Origin: Rhizaria sp. SCN 62-66
Lineage: Eukaryota
Length of the DNA stretch: 20,000 nucleotides
Direction of reading: 5' to 3'
Assembly: GCA_001724265.1 (NCBI GenBank)
Contig: MEDY01000126.1
Coordinates: 51,443 to 71,442 of the forward strand
Within the stretch, counting starts at the first letter, position 1; each line of letters starts with the position of its first letter. Shown here piece by piece: positions 17,701 to 20,000 of the stretch. Made by a program: the position numbers and the translations under genes. The notes below the pieces were generated by a model, which saw nothing but the letters and a program-made list of their open reading frames with translations, was not told the DNA's origin and did no database searches.

Positions 17701-20000
17701 GCCGCGCCGGCCACCGTTTGCCCCGCCAGTCACGCTTCCGCGACGCCCCCCAGTGCCCATAGTGGCAGCTGCGGCGGCCGCGGCAGCGGCAGCGCCGACA
17801 AGGCTACCACGCCTTCCGCCAGCAGCGCCACTGGCGTTGATGTTGTTGTTCAAGTGAGCGTTTGGTGTGAAGATACTGTGCATGTTGTCGCTCAGGTTCT
17901 CACGACGGCGCTGACGCTGGTAAAGACGCGCGCGCAGCTCGTCGCGGCGCTGGAGCTCGGCTTCAGTGAGGGTGGAGCGACGGATGACGCCCGCTGCGAG
18001 GTGGTCGAGCATCGCAAAAGTTAAGCCGCGGTCGTCAATGAACTAAACAGTTTCCAAGTGAATAGGCAAAAAAAGAAGCAGTGAAGATGAGAATAAACAG
18101 GAAGAGATGTAATTTTTTTTCCATAAATGAGTAAAATAACGAAGCGACACGATATAAGTCGATATAAGTAACGCAGTGTCTTTCTTTCGCATACCTGGGA
18201 CTGGCGACACATTTCGAGCACTTTTCCAAGATCCGCAACAGCAAAGTCGAGCCCTGTGGGACCGACGCCCTTGCCGGCGCACACTGTGGCAAAGATAAGC
18301 CGCAGCGCGCCGTAGTTCGCGCGAATCACGTCGTACAGCTTGTTCGTTTCCTTGATCACAAAGGCCCTCTCAGCTTCCTCCGCAGCCGCAGCCGCCGCAG
18401 TCGTTGCCACAGCTGCCGTCGCCGCCGCCGCCGCCCCCGCGGGCCCCGCCGCGGCCTCCGCCGCCGCCACCGCGGCCTCCGCCGCCGCCCTGCCCGCCCG
18501 GTCGCCCGCAGCGGCCGCCTGAGGCGATTTCGCGACCACACCGGTCAGCTCCGTCTGTTCACAGTCGCTGCGACACTGCGCCTCCCGCGCGCGCGCGGGC
18601 CACGTCGGCACAGACCGCGGCAGAGCAGGAGAGCGCAGAGTCGCCAGCGCACGCCGCGCCGCGCGCAGCGGCTCGGATGCCGTGAGAGCGCGCGTCAGCA
18701 GGGTCAACTGCGCCGGCCGGAGCACGGGGACGGCGGGCGCGGTGGCGGCCATTGCGGCGGCCAAGGCCGGGGCCGTCGCGGCGGCGGCGACGGCGGCTGC
18801 GGCGGCCGCGGAGGGCGTCGCGGCAGTGGCGGAAGCCGTGGAAAGCTGAAAAAGCTTGCGTTCGATCGCCGTGAGTAAATCGGAGAGCCGATCAATCCAC
18901 AGTGCACGGCGGGACTGTTCGCAAACGGGAACTGGGGACGTCAACGCTGCGGCGCTTAGACTGCCGTCCAGCAATGCGTTGCCGTTGCTGCCATCACCGT
19001 TGTCGGGCGCGGGGAAAAAGCGGCGACCAGATGCGTTTTGCTGTTGCCCAGCGTTCGCGTCACTGTTTGCGAGAGAAGACCGCTTGTTTTGCTGCTGCAG
19101 CTGCTTGCTGATCGTAGCGGCTGTCAGCGGGAACTGCGGTGGCACACGTGGGATCACGTACGAAAACGACGTGCCAACAGACGAAAAAGCAAAATACGCA
19201 GCGTTAACCGCAGTCGCCTCAATTTGTACGAGGTGATCGTGCAACACGTGCAGCGAAGTTAAGCCGCACGACCAGTACAAGTCGATAGGGGACGAGCGCA
19301 CGAAGGAATACGTGGACGCAGCTGCTGCAGCCGCGGCCGCGGCGCCTGCCGCCATCGCAACGGCCGCGGGGCCCCGGCGGCCGCTGCTGTCGCTGTTGAG
19401 TGACAGCGCGCCGAACCCAGCGTGTCCGTGTGCAACGCGCGGCACTGCAGCGGCTTCGAGAGGGATAGAGTCACCGTTAGCCACGACAAGGACTGCGGTC
19501 ACTCTCGGCGCCGCAGCCGCAGCCGCTGTCGCAGTCGCAGTGTTCGTTGCAGTTGCGTTCGCGTCCGTAGTCGTAGTAGCGTCGGCAGGTGGACTTTCGC
19601 CTGCAGTCTCAGTCGACGACGCGGTCGCGTCCTTCGTATCAGACTCTGCGGCAACATGCGTGATGCCGGGCGCCGTTGGAATCGACAGCAGACTCAGCGT
19701 GGGCATCGCAGTCACGCCAAGCGCTTCCTCGCCACCCGTGCGCGCCGCCGCCGCAATGTGCGGCCACGTGAGCCAGTAGAAATCGCCCCCGCTGCCGTTG
19801 CTGCCGCCGCCAGCCCTGGAGCCGTTGACGGAGGACTTAGGCGTGAGGAACCCCCACATGTTGGCCACGGACGCGCCCATCATTCCCCCGGCGCCGCCGC
19901 CGCCGCCGTAGCCCATCGCGGCCTGGATCGCCACGGCGGACGCGTCACCTTCGTCTTCCTCATCGCCCCAGCCAAAGCTCCCGCCGGCGCCGCCGCCGCG
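14773..20000 (-). CDS. 3' part of a very large low-complexity protein (>1690 aa visible) with degenerate EF-hand-like helical blocks; exons >=20000-18195 and 18042-14773
   Basis: Frame is open from 20000. The intron joins ..KVLEMCRQSQ|FIDDRGLTFAMLDHL.. Ordered blocks LRLIFATVC, VTLPELIELLIRIAQAKF and LSYPCFVEVVARIS resemble the L..xEFxExLxRxA motif of EF-hand-like proteins in flagellated eukaryotes. Function uncertain. Confidence 0.8.
18043..18194 (-). other. Spliceosomal intron (152 nt, phase 0) joining ORFs 18021-19934 and 14773-18012
   Basis: CAG|GTATGC donor at 18194, AT-rich body within GC-rich exons, TGTTTAG acceptor at 18043, in-frame join. Confidence 0.9.

Noticed and set aside
20-19779. 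Many overlapping alternative-frame and antisense ORFs (e.g. 20-781, 1856-2731, 7299-8102, 13436-14239)
   Set aside because: Shadows of GC-rich, stop-poor, trinucleotide-repetitive coding sequence; no recognisable motifs.
1-20000. Prokaryotic systems (CRISPR arrays, operons, IS elements) or transposase/reverse transcriptase genes
   Set aside because: The sequence is clearly eukaryotic with spliceosomal introns; no repeat-spacer arrays or mobile-element protein motifs were seen.

Overview
Gene-dense nuclear DNA of an unidentified eukaryote, probably a protist: GC-rich exons full of poly-Ala/Asn/Ser/Gly tracts, AT-rich spacers, GT-AG introns of about 150-290 nt, standard genetic code. Protein genes from left to right: the 3' end of an RGG-rich protein (+), SEC13 (-, 2 exons), a 1447-aa low-complexity protein of unknown function (-), a SCY1-like pseudokinase (+, 2 exons), RPL5/uL18 (+, ATG-only first coding exon), and the 3' part of a >1690-aa protein with degenerate EF-hand-like helices and clustered PKA-type sites (-, two ORFs joined by one intron). 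Two non-coding elements are not visible in the ORF track. (1) A box C/D snoRNA of SNORD53/snoR37 type (3703-3780) inside the intron of an apparently non-coding host transcript, with its guide elements in an order that appears swapped. (2) A 168-nt tRNA/tmRNA-like element on the minus strand (1035-1202) with a perfect 7-bp acceptor stem, T-arm/B-box, a long internal hairpin and a T9 run, which fits no canonical tRNA. Family assignments and reference sequences are recalled from memory; no searches were run.
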